Positions 17,570 through 27,101 of a DNA stretch of 64,000 bases are shown in pieces. The stretch is from positions 336,989 through 400,988 of the forward strand of contig CAVPWD010000012.1 of assembly GCA_963709385.1 (NCBI GenBank). Direction: 5' to 3'. Each line of letters starts with the position of its first letter. Position 1 is the first letter of the stretch. The stretch is from an uncultured Acidobacteriaceae bacterium (GTDB lineage: Bacteria; Acidobacteriota; Terriglobia; Terriglobales; Acidobacteriaceae). The notes beneath the pieces were generated by a model, which searched no databases, was not told the DNA's origin, and saw nothing but the letters and a program-made list of their open reading frames with translations. The position numbers were made by a program, and so were the translations under genes.

Positions 17570-18136
17570 ATGACCTGGATCAAAACCATCCCCCTTTCCG
17601 AAGCCGACGAGAAACTCCGCAAAGCCATCGAGGCCCAGCGTCTCGTCTATCCCAAGGAATACGGGGATCCCGTTCATCCCGACGAATCCGGCGGATCATC
17701 CATCGTGGGTTCCCACACCCTGATTCCCGAAGCGCTGCATCACGCCTTCAGCACGTTCGGATCGCTCATGTCGCCCGACCTCCAGCTGAACCGCCGCCAG
17801 CACGAAATGATCGCCACCATGGTCTCGGTCACGAACCGGTGCGTCTATTGAATCGAATCACACGCAGAGTTTCTGCGTAGGGTGACGCTGGACAAGACAA
17901 TGGTCGAGGCCTTGGAAAAGGACTACGCTACCGCTCCGATCTCAGCCCAGGATCGCGTCATGCTCGACTACGTAATCAAACTGACCAAGGACGCAACGAA
18001 AGTCTGGAAGGACGATATGGATGCCCTGAGGAAAGCCGGCTTCGACGACCGCGGCATCCTGCAGATCACGCTGATCGCGTCCTGGTTCAACTACATCAAT
18101 CGCGTCGCCGACGCGCTGGGCGTGGGCCGGGAGTAG
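17570..18136 (+). CDS. AhpD/carboxymuconolactone-decarboxylase family peroxidase-related protein, candidate selenoprotein (TGA 17849-17851 read as Sec)
   Basis: ORFs 17570..17851 and 17882..18136 share one frame and are separated only by TGA plus 10 sense codons. The TGA replaces the second Cys of the family CxxCxxxH motif (NRCVY-TGA-IESH). Confidence 0.7.
17858..17885 (+). promoter_or_regulatory. candidate bacterial SECIS stem-loop
   Basis: TCAC-ACGCAG-AGTTT-CTGCGT-AGG-GTGA. It starts 7 nt after the TGA, with an apical-loop GU about 20 nt from the UGA. Confidence 0.55.
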
Positions 18137-18167
18137 GCGGCGCAGCCCAGCCGTTAATCTGACCGCG

Positions 18168-18250
18168 CTTAAGGGCGGGTTTGGGAAGGGCACGGCTTCA
18201 GCCGTGCCGCCATCGGTCAATAGGGAGTTCGGGCTTCAGCCCCTGAGGAG
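18168..18250 (+). repeat. REP-like double-hairpin element (GGCACGGCT-TCA-AGCCGTGCC ... GGGCTTCAGCCC)
   Basis: Near-identical copy at 27102-27188. It sits between convergent genes. Confidence 0.65.
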
Positions 18251-18267
18251 CGTCGGCCACCACCGGC

Positions 18268-18597
18268 CTATCTCCTTGCCTTCTTGAGCATGGCGGAAAT
18301 ATTTTCCAGCTCTTCCTCTGTCAGGATGCAGGAACTCCCCAACGTCACGGTTAGAATACGATTAATTTCTTCTAGTGGCCTGCCTTTGGTCCGTTCGATA
18401 AAACGCGACCACTCCCTCCCCACAGCGGCGCGCTCCTGCGTACTGGCGTCGGCGCAGAATTCCCTCACCGCTTCCTCCGGCGAGCCGTACTCATCTTTCA
18501 TGTCCTGATGAAAATATCCCCGCAAAAAGCTGTGCAGCGCGGGGTAATCGGCGGCGGAGATCGCGGCTGGACTCTTGGGAGGATTTGGCTCGTTCAT
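18268..18597 (-). CDS. CdiI-like immunity protein
   Basis: ORF 18268..18651. The ATG at 18597 overlaps the toxin stop (ATGA). Pattern typical of contact-dependent-inhibition immunity proteins (YPALHSFLRGYFHQD...). Visibly more AT-rich than its neighbours. Confidence 0.7.
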   Translation of the reverse strand: MNEPNPPKSPAAISAADYPALHSFLRGYFHQDMKDEYGSPEEAVREFCADASTQERAAVGREWSRFIERTKGRPLEEINRILTVTLGSSCILTEEELENISAMLKKARR

Positions 18598-19127
18598 CGG
18601 CGGCACTCCGGATAGGCAGTCAGAACGTGATAGCTGTTCGCGCCGTCCCACTTCAACACGATCACGGCCTGAGCGCAGGGCTCGACGCGGTCTTCGCCAC
18701 GCCGCAGCGTTCGTCCAAAGGGATGCGCTGAGTCGCCGTCGTAATCGAGGACGAGATTCGGGTGGCCGTTCTCGCGTGCAAGCCAGCGGGAAATTTTGTT
18801 GCTCTCTTGCGCAAGCGCCGCACCAATGGCAGCTTCGGCGCTTTGGCGGTCATTCCAGGTGGATGCCGCCGAGAGGTTGCGCTCGCGCCGCAACCGCTCG
18901 CGCAGTTCTGCATCGCTTCGTCCCACATGCTTGCGCAGAGTGTGTCCGCCCGCGGCCTCGTCTTGCGAGAGATCGCGCGAGGGACCATGCCGCGCGTCAA
19001 AGAATGGCTGGGCACTCGGCCCGTTCTCCGGCGCCGGCGGCCGCGTGCAAGCCGCGCTCAAGCCGATCAGCGCGAGCGCGAGCATCCCCTGGACAAGGCG
19101 CGTTCGAAATGGAATTAAGCGGCGCAT
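18594..19127 (-). CDS. secreted bacterial RNase A-like (CdiA-CT type) toxin domain protein
   Basis: ORF 18594..19214. I prefer the ATG at 19127, giving signal peptide MRRLIPFRTRLVQGMLALALIGLSAAC. The domain pattern is GGHTLRKHVGRSDAELRERL...AASTW...ISRWL...HVLTAYPE. Confidence 0.7.
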   Translation of the reverse strand: MRRLIPFRTRLVQGMLALALIGLSAACTRPPAPENGPSAQPFFDARHGPSRDLSQDEAAGGHTLRKHVGRSDAELRERLRRERNLSAASTWNDRQSAEAAIGAALAQESNKISRWLARENGHPNLVLDYDGDSAHPFGRTLRRGEDRVEPCAQAVIVLKWDGANSYHVLTAYPECRR

Positions 19128-19406
19128 CGGAGGAAGCCAGACTACACAACCGCCGCCCAAAAAGCATCCGCAACAGAGTGCGAATAACTTAGACCCCAAG
19201 AAGGCGGAGCGCATGTTGCACTTCGCAAACTGTACTCCCGTCCCTCGTTCCCCTCACGATTCCACTAAACTTGTGCTGGAGCGCCATGTCCGAATCCCTC
19301 GCAGAGTTTTTTCTCGGAGAACTTTCGCGCCCACCGCCACGAGTGCGCCTACCGCCAGCGCCGCGGATACCGCACTGAATCGTTCACCTACGGTGAAGTC
19401 CTGGAG

Positions 19407-21848
19407 ATGGCGTCCGGCGTGGCCCGCAAGCTTGACGCGCGCGGAATCGCAAAGGGCGACCGCATCATGCTCTGGGGCGAGAACTGCGCCGAGTGGGTTG
19501 CGGTCTTTTTCGGTTGCGCACTCGCCGGAGCGATCGTCGTCCCCATGGACGACGGCTCTGCAACTGACTTCGCCATGCGGGTGTTCCATCAAGTCGAGGC
19601 AAAGCTGCTCGTAGCATCGCGGCGTCACGTGCACGAATTCGCAGCCGCGGGAATATCGACTGCCACGTTGACCCTCGAAGATTTGCCGCAAACTCTCGGC
19701 CCTCCTTCAGACACGCTGCCGAATGCCGCTCTCAGCCGCGATGACACTCTTCAGATTGTCTTCACCTCCGGCACCACCGCCGAGCCCCGAGGCGTCGTGA
19801 TCACGCACGGAAATGTTCTAGCCAACATTGCTCCCTTGGAGCGCGAAATGCAGCGCTATCTCAAGTACGAGCGCTTTGTACATCCCATTCGCTTCCTGAA
19901 TCTGCTTCCGCTCAGCCACGTGTTCGGGCAGTTTCTGGGAATGTTCCTGCCACCGCTGCTCGGGGGCACGGTAATGTTTCAGGACGAACTAAAGCCCTCG
20001 GAAATCATCAACACGATCCGCCGCGAGCGCGTCTCAGTGCTAGTTAGCGTCCCGCGCGTGTTGCAATCGCTGAAACAGAAAATCGAGCGCGACCTCGAAG
20101 ACCAGAAAAAGTCAGACGATTTCTGCCGCCGTTTCCAAATCTCCAAAGGCAGACATTTTCTACGCCGTTGGTGGAAATTCCGCGCCATCCGCCGCCGCTT
20201 CGGCTGGAAGTTCTTGGCCTTTATTTCCGGCGGCGCGGCCCTCGACAGCGAGACCGAGGAATTCTGGGATCGTCTCGGCTACGCCGCCATCCAGGGTTAT
20301 GGCCTCACCGAAACCACTTCGTTGATCAGCGTGAATCATCCCTTCCGTCTCGGCAAGGGATCGATCGGCAAAGTGCTGCCCGGCCGCGAAGTGAAGCTGG
20401 CCGACGACGGCGAAATTTTGGTGCGCGGTGGTGGGGTGACCTCCGGATATTGGGACGCAAACAACAAGCAGCCGAACAGCGCACAAAGAGTCTCAGACGA
20501 CCAAGGCTGGTATCGCACTGGCGACATCGGCGCGCTCGACGACGCCGGTAACCTCTATTTCAAGGGACGCAAGAAAGAAGTGATTGTCACGCCCGCCGGC
20601 ACCAACGTCTATCCCGACGATCTGGAAGCGGCCCTCCGCCGCCAGCCCGAAGTGAAAGACTGCGTCGTGGTGGGAATTGAGCGTGGCGGAAACGCTGAGC
20701 CCTGCGCGGTCGTGATTCTGCGCGACGAAAGTGACCTCGAAGCAGTCGTACAGCGGGCGAATCAGACGCTGGCCGAATTTCAGAGAATGAAAATGTGGGT
20801 TCGCTGGCCCGAAGAAGATTTTCCGCGCACCAGCACGCAGAAGCCACGGCGGAATCTGATCCGCGACGCAGCCCAGGCGCAAATCCAACACAGCCGCGCC
20901 CAGCCCGGTGGAAGTAGTCCGCTGGCCGAATTGATCAGCCGAGTGTCCGGACGATCGTTGTCAGGAAAATCGACCCCAACCTTGCGCCCCGAAGCGACTC
21001 TCGACTCCGACCTCGGATTGAGTTCGCTCGATCGCGTCGAACTCCTGAGCGCCGTCGAGGATCGCTATCAGGTCGACCTGAGCGAGACTCGCTTCAGCGC
21101 AGTGCGCACGGTCGGCGATCTGGAACGCATGCTCCGCGGAGAATCGGCGCCCGGCCCGGGATATCACTATCCCAGTTGGACACTGCGCTGGCCCGTGACC
21201 TGGCTGCGCATCGTGGCGCATTATCTGCTGCTGCGTCCGGCGATCATCCTGCTGGGCTGGCCGCGCATCGAAGGCCGTGAGCACCTGCGCGGGGTAAAGG
21301 GCCCGCTCCTGGTAATCTCAAATCACATCGGCGACGTCGACGGTGGATTCATCCTGACCGCACTTCCTGCGCGCTTTCGGCATCGCCTGGCGACTGCGGC
21401 GGGCGGCGAGGCACTGGAAGAGCTCCGCACCCCCCCGCCCGGCAGAAATATTTTTCTTCGTATTTACGACCGCATCCAGTGGACTCTCGGTGTCTCGCTG
21501 CTGAATCTATTTCCATTGCCGCGCGAGGGCGGATTCCGCCGCAGTTTCGCCTACGCCGGGCAGGCCGTCGATCGTGGTTACAGCCTGCTCGTATTCCCCG
21601 AAGGCCGCCACACCACGGATGGAAAAATCAATCCCTTTCGCGCCGGGATCGGTCTGCTCGCGGCCAATCTCGCGATCCCGGTGCTGCCCATGCGCATCGA
21701 CGGCTTGTTCGAGTTGAAACGCGCGGGCAGGAAATTTGCCTCCCCATGGAAAATCACGGTTCGAATCGGAGAACCAATAAAGTTCGGCTCCGGCGTCGAG
21801 CCCGGGGAAATCGCCGCCAGCCTGCAGCGGGCCGTGACCTTGTTGTGA
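19407..21848 (+). CDS. fused acyl-CoA/AMP ligase - carrier domain - PlsC-type acyltransferase (N-terminus probably starts at 19286 in another frame)
   Basis: AMP-binding motifs (TSGTTAEPRGV, GYGLTET, YRTGD). Carrier-domain serine context (LGLSSLDRVEL). Acyltransferase motifs (NHIGDVD, FPEGR). Confidence 0.85.
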   Translation: MASGVARKLDARGIAKGDRIMLWGENCAEWVAVFFGCALAGAIVVPMDDGSATDFAMRVFHQVEAKLLVASRRHVHEFAAAGISTATLTLEDLPQTLGPPSDTLPNAALSRDDTLQIVFTSGTTAEPRGVVITHGNVLANIAPLEREMQRYLKYERFVHPIRFLNLLPLSHVFGQFLGMFLPPLLGGTVMFQDELKPSEIINTIRRERVSVLVSVPRVLQSLKQKIERDLEDQKKSDDFCRRFQISKGRHFLRRWWKFRAIRRRFGWKFLAFISGGAALDSETEEFWDRLGYAAIQGYGLTETTSLISVNHPFRLGKGSIGKVLPGREVKLADDGEILVRGGGVTSGYWDANNKQPNSAQRVSDDQGWYRTGDIGALDDAGNLYFKGRKKEVIVTPAGTNVYPDDLEAALRRQPEVKDCVVVGIERGGNAEPCAVVILRDESDLEAVVQRANQTLAEFQRMKMWVRWPEEDFPRTSTQKPRRNLIRDAAQAQIQHSRAQPGGSSPLAELISRVSGRSLSGKSTPTLRPEATLDSDLGLSSLDRVELLSAVEDRYQVDLSETRFSAVRTVGDLERMLRGESAPGPGYHYPSWTLRWPVTWLRIVAHYLLLRPAIILLGWPRIEGREHLRGVKGPLLVISNHIGDVDGGFILTALPARFRHRLATAAGGEALEELRTPPPGRNIFLRIYDRIQWTLGVSLLNLFPLPREGGFRRSFAYAGQAVDRGYSLLVFPEGRHTTDGKINPFRAGIGLLAANLAIPVLPMRIDGLFELKRAGRKFASPWKITVRIGEPIKFGSGVEPGEIAASLQRAVTLL

Positions 21849-21893
21849 GCCTAGTCGATGGTCACTCTCATGGCCGTGGGTTTCTTCTCGTGT

Positions 21894-24800
21894 CTACTCT
21901 TCGTCGGTTTGAGTGTCGTGTTGCTGAAAATCCGCGTTCGGCTCGATCTCTGGAGCTTTCGATTCCCGCAATTGACGATTCAAGGTCGACAGTTCCGTGC
22001 CCTTGAACTCGCTCCAGCGTTGCAAGGCCGCGGCGCTATCCCGCTCGACGCCCGCCAGAGCTTCCCCTTGCGCACCCGTCGGCTCCGCATCGGCTTGCCA
22101 GATTTGCTGGTACAACGTAGTGGCCTGTCCGTTGACCCGCGCGACCGTGAGTTCCTGTGAAGGCGGAGCGAAGAAACCGCCCGCCGCGCCCAGCAGATCG
22201 TTCAGCTTCTTCTCGAACGCCTGCAGGCGTTCCTTGATCGAGGAGTCCGCTTGTGCACTCGACTTCTCGATCTGCTCGCGGATCGATGCCCCCTGACGAA
22301 GAGCCTGCGTGGTCGAGGTCATCGCCGCCGCCAGGCTCGTCTCCGCCTTGAATTTTTTCTGCAAACCGAGCGGTGGTGTCTTTACCCGCGGATCCATCTT
22401 CACCGTGAGCGGCGCGGTCGAACTCTTTCCATCGACAGTAAGCCGCACCGTGTACTTCCCTGGAAGCACCGTGGGGCCCATCGGATAGCGTGGCGTGTCG
22501 TGCGGAATCGCAGCGATCGGAAAGTCATGCCCCACGGCCGCCGGCGCAGGGTAATGCAAACCCCAGACCCAGCGGTGCATTCCCGCGTCGGTCGAGAGTC
22601 GCTGGAATTTGCGAATCCAGTACATCGGGATCAATTGCTTCTCCAGGTCTTCTTCGCTAACCGCCGGCTTGTCCGCGCTGGAGAACGTCCGCACGACCCG
22701 CCCCGCGTCCAGAATTTCCAACGTCACACTCGCCGCCGCCGCGGGTAGGTAGTAGTCCAGAATCGCCCCATCCGGCGGATTCGCCGCGGCCGGTTCGTCC
22801 GGCGGAAGCGGTGTGTCCGCGTTGGTGTCGCGTTGAATGCGATACGCCGGCGCCGGGGCAAACAGATGCGCCGAGTTCGCCATTGCCACCGATGCTTCGC
22901 GCAAGGGCGTGATGTCGTCGAGGATCCAGAACGATCGCCCATGCGTCGCCACGATCAAATCGTCGTCATGAATCCACAGATCGCGCATGGAAGTATGCGG
23001 CAGATTCAGCTGCAGCGACTGCCAGTGGTCGCCGTCATCGAAAGAAACCCAAACTGCATTCTCCGTGCCCGCAAAAAGCAAGCCCTTGCGCACCGGATCT
23101 TCCCGCACCGTGTCAACCGGACCAAATTCAGGCAAGCCGGCCGTGATCAGCTTCCAATTCTTGCCGCCATCTCGCGTGCGATAGATATAAGGATGCGTAT
23201 CGTTGATGCGGAATCGGCTGACCGAAGCGAATGCCGTTTGTTCGTCGAAGTGCGATGCCGAAATCTGCGTCACCTTGCTCCACGCCGTGAGTTCTTTGGG
23301 TGTGATGTTCGCCCAATTTTTTCCCCCGTCGCGCGTAATCCACATCTGCCCATCGTCGGTGCCCGCCCACAACGTCTCCACCGTCTTGAATGACGGCGCC
23401 AGCGCATAAATCACCCCGCGCGACTTCTCGGCATTCTTGGGAATGAGCGCGCCCACGCTCGCGGGCATCTCCGGCTTCTCCCGCGTCAGGTCCGGGCTTA
23501 TCGTCTGCCACGAATTCCCGCCGTCCGTAGTCTTGAACAGCACATTGCTCGCAAAATAAAGAATGTGCGGATCGACCGGCGAGAACATCAGCGGCTCGGT
23601 GCGATCCGTGCGGTATTTCGGACTGCGCAAGGGAATCGGCGTGACATTCTGCACCTCGCCCGTCGACCAGTGAAACTTCGAAACTTCAGTTCTGCCCCCG
23701 CCATAGACGACGTCGGGATCGAGCGGATCGGGCGCAACATACCCATATTCGATTACGCCCACCGGGTGCCACTCGCGAAACGTAATTGCTCCATCGTTGC
23801 CGCGGCTCGAAATGCAGACCGATCCGCTCTCCTGCTGGCCGGCACAAACTTTGTACGGAAACGTATTGGTTGTGATCGCGTGGTAAAGCTGCGCCGTGGG
23901 CTGGTTGTACCACGAACTCCAACTCGCGCCCGCGTTCACGGTAACGATCGCGCCCTGATCGCTGACGATCAGAATGATGTTGCCGTTGTTGGGATTGATC
24001 CACAGATTCTGGTAGTCATCGCCACCCGGTGCCCCGCGAAAGCCGGACCAGGTCTTGCCGCCGTCGCTCGATCGCATGGTGACGGTGCTGACCACATAAA
24101 CCAGGTCTGGATTCTTCGGATCGACCCTGGGAACGGACAGATCGCCCCCACCAATCCGCCCCGCCGGCCGCGGATCGTTCGTGATTTCTGTCCAGCTCTC
24201 ACCCGCGTCGTCGGAGCGGTAGACGCTGAGTTTTCCCGAGGCTTGAGAGAGAGTTGCATACAGCCGGTGCGAATCGCTGGGCGCGATACCGACGTAAATC
24301 TGCGAAAGGTCTTTCGGCAACCCGTGAGTCAAAGCGTGCCAGGTGACCCCGCCGTCGTTCGACTTGAACAGACCGCCGCCGCTGCCGTTGAACTCGTTCC
24401 CGTCCTCCCACGGCCCCTCGCGAGCTTCCCACATCGACGCGTAAACCACGTCGGGATTCGAAGGATCGATCTCCACATCCGATCCCCCGGTGTTTCCGTC
24501 CCTCCAGATCACTCTCTGCCAGGTCTGCCCGCCATCGGTCGAACGGTAAATCCCACGCTCATCACTCGGCCCATAAGGATGCCCCAGCACAGCGGCAAAC
24601 ACCAGGTTCGGATCGCGCGGATCGACCGCCAGCGCCGGAATCTGCTGCCCGTCCACCAGCCCCAGATGAGTCCACGTCTTGCCCGCGTCCGTCGATTTAT
24701 AGATCCCGTTGCCCACCGAAAGATCGGGCCGGTGCAGCCCCTCGCCGCTGCCCACATAAATAATGTTCGGATCGGACGCAGCCACCGCGATCGCGCCAAT

Positions 24801-25073
24801 CGACTGCGTGGATTGTTTGTCGAAGATCGCGTTCCACGTGCGCCCGTAGTCGTCCGACTTCCACACGCCGCCGTTTACCTGCCCAACATAGAAAACATTC
24901 GGCTGGCTGGGAACGCCGGTGGCGGCGCGCGTTCGTCCGCCGCGAAACGGCCCGATCATGCGCCATTGCAAGTCCTGATAAGTATTCTCGGGAACCTGTG
25001 CCAAACTCACGGCTACAGGCAAAAAAGCGGATACGAAAACGAACAGACGGAGAACTACCCGCGATTGGATCAC
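21894..25073 (-). CDS. secreted BNR/Asp-box repeat, sortilin/VPS10-like beta-propeller protein (glycosyl-hydrolase-like)
   Basis: ORF 21894..25271. GTG at 25073 follows GAGGGGGG and gives a signal peptide. There are many SxDxGxTW Asp-box repeats (STDAGKTW, STDGGQTW, SNDGGVTW, SDDAGESW, SSDGGKTW, TTDGGNSW, TRDGGKNW). Confidence 0.8.
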   Translation of the reverse strand: MIQSRVVLRLFVFVSAFLPVAVSLAQVPENTYQDLQWRMIGPFRGGRTRAATGVPSQPNVFYVGQVNGGVWKSDDYGRTWNAIFDKQSTQSIGAIAVAASDPNIIYVGSGEGLHRPDLSVGNGIYKSTDAGKTWTHLGLVDGQQIPALAVDPRDPNLVFAAVLGHPYGPSDERGIYRSTDGGQTWQRVIWRDGNTGGSDVEIDPSNPDVVYASMWEAREGPWEDGNEFNGSGGGLFKSNDGGVTWHALTHGLPKDLSQIYVGIAPSDSHRLYATLSQASGKLSVYRSDDAGESWTEITNDPRPAGRIGGGDLSVPRVDPKNPDLVYVVSTVTMRSSDGGKTWSGFRGAPGGDDYQNLWINPNNGNIILIVSDQGAIVTVNAGASWSSWYNQPTAQLYHAITTNTFPYKVCAGQQESGSVCISSRGNDGAITFREWHPVGVIEYGYVAPDPLDPDVVYGGGRTEVSKFHWSTGEVQNVTPIPLRSPKYRTDRTEPLMFSPVDPHILYFASNVLFKTTDGGNSWQTISPDLTREKPEMPASVGALIPKNAEKSRGVIYALAPSFKTVETLWAGTDDGQMWITRDGGKNWANITPKELTAWSKVTQISASHFDEQTAFASVSRFRINDTHPYIYRTRDGGKNWKLITAGLPEFGPVDTVREDPVRKGLLFAGTENAVWVSFDDGDHWQSLQLNLPHTSMRDLWIHDDDLIVATHGRSFWILDDITPLREASVAMANSAHLFAPAPAYRIQRDTNADTPLPPDEPAAANPPDGAILDYYLPAAAASVTLEILDAGRVVRTFSSADKPAVSEEDLEKQLIPMYWIRKFQRLSTDAGMHRWVWGLHYPAPAAVGHDFPIAAIPHDTPRYPMGPTVLPGKYTVRLTVDGKSSTAPLTVKMDPRVKTPPLGLQKKFKAETSLAAAMTSTTQALRQGASIREQIEKSSAQADSSIKERLQAFEKKLNDLLGAAGGFFAPPSQELTVARVNGQATTLYQQIWQADAEPTGAQGEALAGVERDSAAALQRWSEFKGTELSTLNRQLRESKAPEIEPNADFQQHDTQTDEE

Positions 25074-25246
25074 TTGCGCCCCCCTCAATCTGCTGACACC
25101 AAAGCAGCTAGCATAAACCAATTTCGGCGTGATCGGGGTCAAGGCTGGTCCCGGCACCGCGGAACTGGTATGTTTGCCAAATCGTTTTGTGCCGTGGCAA
25201 GAGCGCGGGTATGATGGCGGAGCTTTCCACCGATGCCGTCCACACC

Positions 25247-27007
25247 ATGAGTATTCAGCGTTCGAAGACATTCCGTGTTCTTCTTTTCGCTATTCGCTCC
25301 CTGATGCTCGTCGCAGTTTTCTGCGCAACCTCTGCCGATCGCGCGATCGCAGGCCCGCCCTCTGCCAGCCCCGAGACGCCGGGTCTCAAGCCGATTCTCG
25401 ATTACATTTCTTCCGCCTGGGACACCCTCACCCGCTCCATGACCAATTGTGAGACTCTGGCCGATCCAAAACTGAAAGTAGCCCCCGTGCTGTATTTGCC
25501 GGCGGGTTTTCCCGAACCTCCGGCAGTTCAGAAGCTGGCCGCGGATTGCCACGTCCGCGTCGAATACCTGCCTTTCGTGATCCATCGCTTGGGCGAGATC
25601 GATACCGCCAAGATTTCTCCTCACGGCCTGCTCTACCTCGAGAACAAATACGTCGTCCCCGGTGGCCGCTTCAACGAAATGTACGGCTGGGACAGCTACT
25701 TCATCGTCCGCGGTCTGCTGCGCGCCGGGCGCCTCGAATTGGCTCGCGGCATGGTCGACAACTTTTTCTTCGAGATCGAGCACTACGGCGCCATGCTCAA
25801 CGCCAACCGCACCTACTACCTGACGCGCTCGCAACCGCCGTTTCTAAGCTCCATGTTCGTGGACGTCTACCGGGCCACGCAAAAAAGCGGACAACCGGAC
25901 AAGGCCTGGCTCGATCGCGCCTACGCCGATCTCAGCAAAGACTACGCGATGTGGACCCACGATCCGCACCTCGCCGGCCAGACCGGACTCTCGCGATACT
26001 ACGATTTCGGTGACGGCCCGCCCGCCGAAGCCGTTCAGGACGAAACCGGCTTCTACCGCAAGGTCGCGCAATATTTCTTCCTGCATCCCGCCGAAGCCAA
26101 CGACTATGTCGTGCAGGACGAGCCGGGCGGAACTGAAACGAGCATGACACAACCGGTTGCGGGCGCGGTGTATTCGCTGCAAGTCTGCGATGTGTCTCTC
26201 CCGATTACGCAGGCGGGATGCGAGAAGGCACGCCAGTTTCAGCTCAGCGCCGACTATTACAAGGGCGATCGCTCCATGCGCGAGTCCGGCTTCGACGTGA
26301 GCTTCCGCTTCGGCCCCTTCGGCGCAGCCACGCATCACTACGCTCCCGTCTGCCTGAATAGCCTGCTCTATAAAACAGAAAAAGATTTGGAACAGATCAG
26401 CCTCTGGCTAGGGAACGCCGACGACGCGAAAAAATGGAATCAGCGCGCGGAAGCGCGCAAGCAACTCATCACACGCTATCTCTGGAACGCGCAACAGGGG
26501 TTGTTCTTCGACTACGACCTCCAGACCGGCCGCATGTCGAACTACCAGTACGCCACCACGTTCTACCCTCTATGGGCGGGTCTGGCCACACCGGAGCAGG
26601 CGAAAGCCGTGGCCGCCAACTTGAAGATCTTCGAGCGTCCTGGCGGACTCCCCATGAGTACTCGAGAGACCGGCGCACAATGGGACCTGCCCTACGGTTG
26701 GGGAAACATCGAAATGCTCGCGATCGATGGCCTGCGCCGCTATGGCTACAACGCCGACGCCGATCGCGTCTCCTACGAATTCCTCTCGACTGTCGCTCAG
26801 AATTTTCGCCGCGACGGCAACATCCGCGAAAAATATAACGTCGTCACTCGCTCGTCCGAAGCCCACGTCGAACTCGGCTACGAAATGAACGTAGTCGGCT
26901 TCGGCTGGACCAACGCCGCATTTCTCGAACTACTCCACGGCCTGCCCAAAGAAATGGTCGAACGCCTGGAGAAAGAACAGAACGAACCGCTGCCCGCCGC
27001 GAAATGA
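25247..27007 (+). CDS. treA: trehalase (GH37)
   Basis: ORF 25187..27007. ATG at 25247 gives a signal peptide. GH37 signatures are present (PGGRFNEMYGWDSYF and QWDLPYGWGN). Confidence 0.85.
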   Translation: MSIQRSKTFRVLLFAIRSLMLVAVFCATSADRAIAGPPSASPETPGLKPILDYISSAWDTLTRSMTNCETLADPKLKVAPVLYLPAGFPEPPAVQKLAADCHVRVEYLPFVIHRLGEIDTAKISPHGLLYLENKYVVPGGRFNEMYGWDSYFIVRGLLRAGRLELARGMVDNFFFEIEHYGAMLNANRTYYLTRSQPPFLSSMFVDVYRATQKSGQPDKAWLDRAYADLSKDYAMWTHDPHLAGQTGLSRYYDFGDGPPAEAVQDETGFYRKVAQYFFLHPAEANDYVVQDEPGGTETSMTQPVAGAVYSLQVCDVSLPITQAGCEKARQFQLSADYYKGDRSMRESGFDVSFRFGPFGAATHHYAPVCLNSLLYKTEKDLEQISLWLGNADDAKKWNQRAEARKQLITRYLWNAQQGLFFDYDLQTGRMSNYQYATTFYPLWAGLATPEQAKAVAANLKIFERPGGLPMSTRETGAQWDLPYGWGNIEMLAIDGLRRYGYNADADRVSYEFLSTVAQNFRRDGNIREKYNVVTRSSEAHVELGYEMNVVGFGWTNAAFLELLHGLPKEMVERLEKEQNEPLPAAK

Positions 27008-27101
27008 GATCGCCGCCGTCGTCGGCCTCGTTACCGGAACACCCCGCGCGCGTGCTGGCGCAAAGGATTGCACTGGTCGGTGCCATCCCCGTAAGCGGTT
27101 T

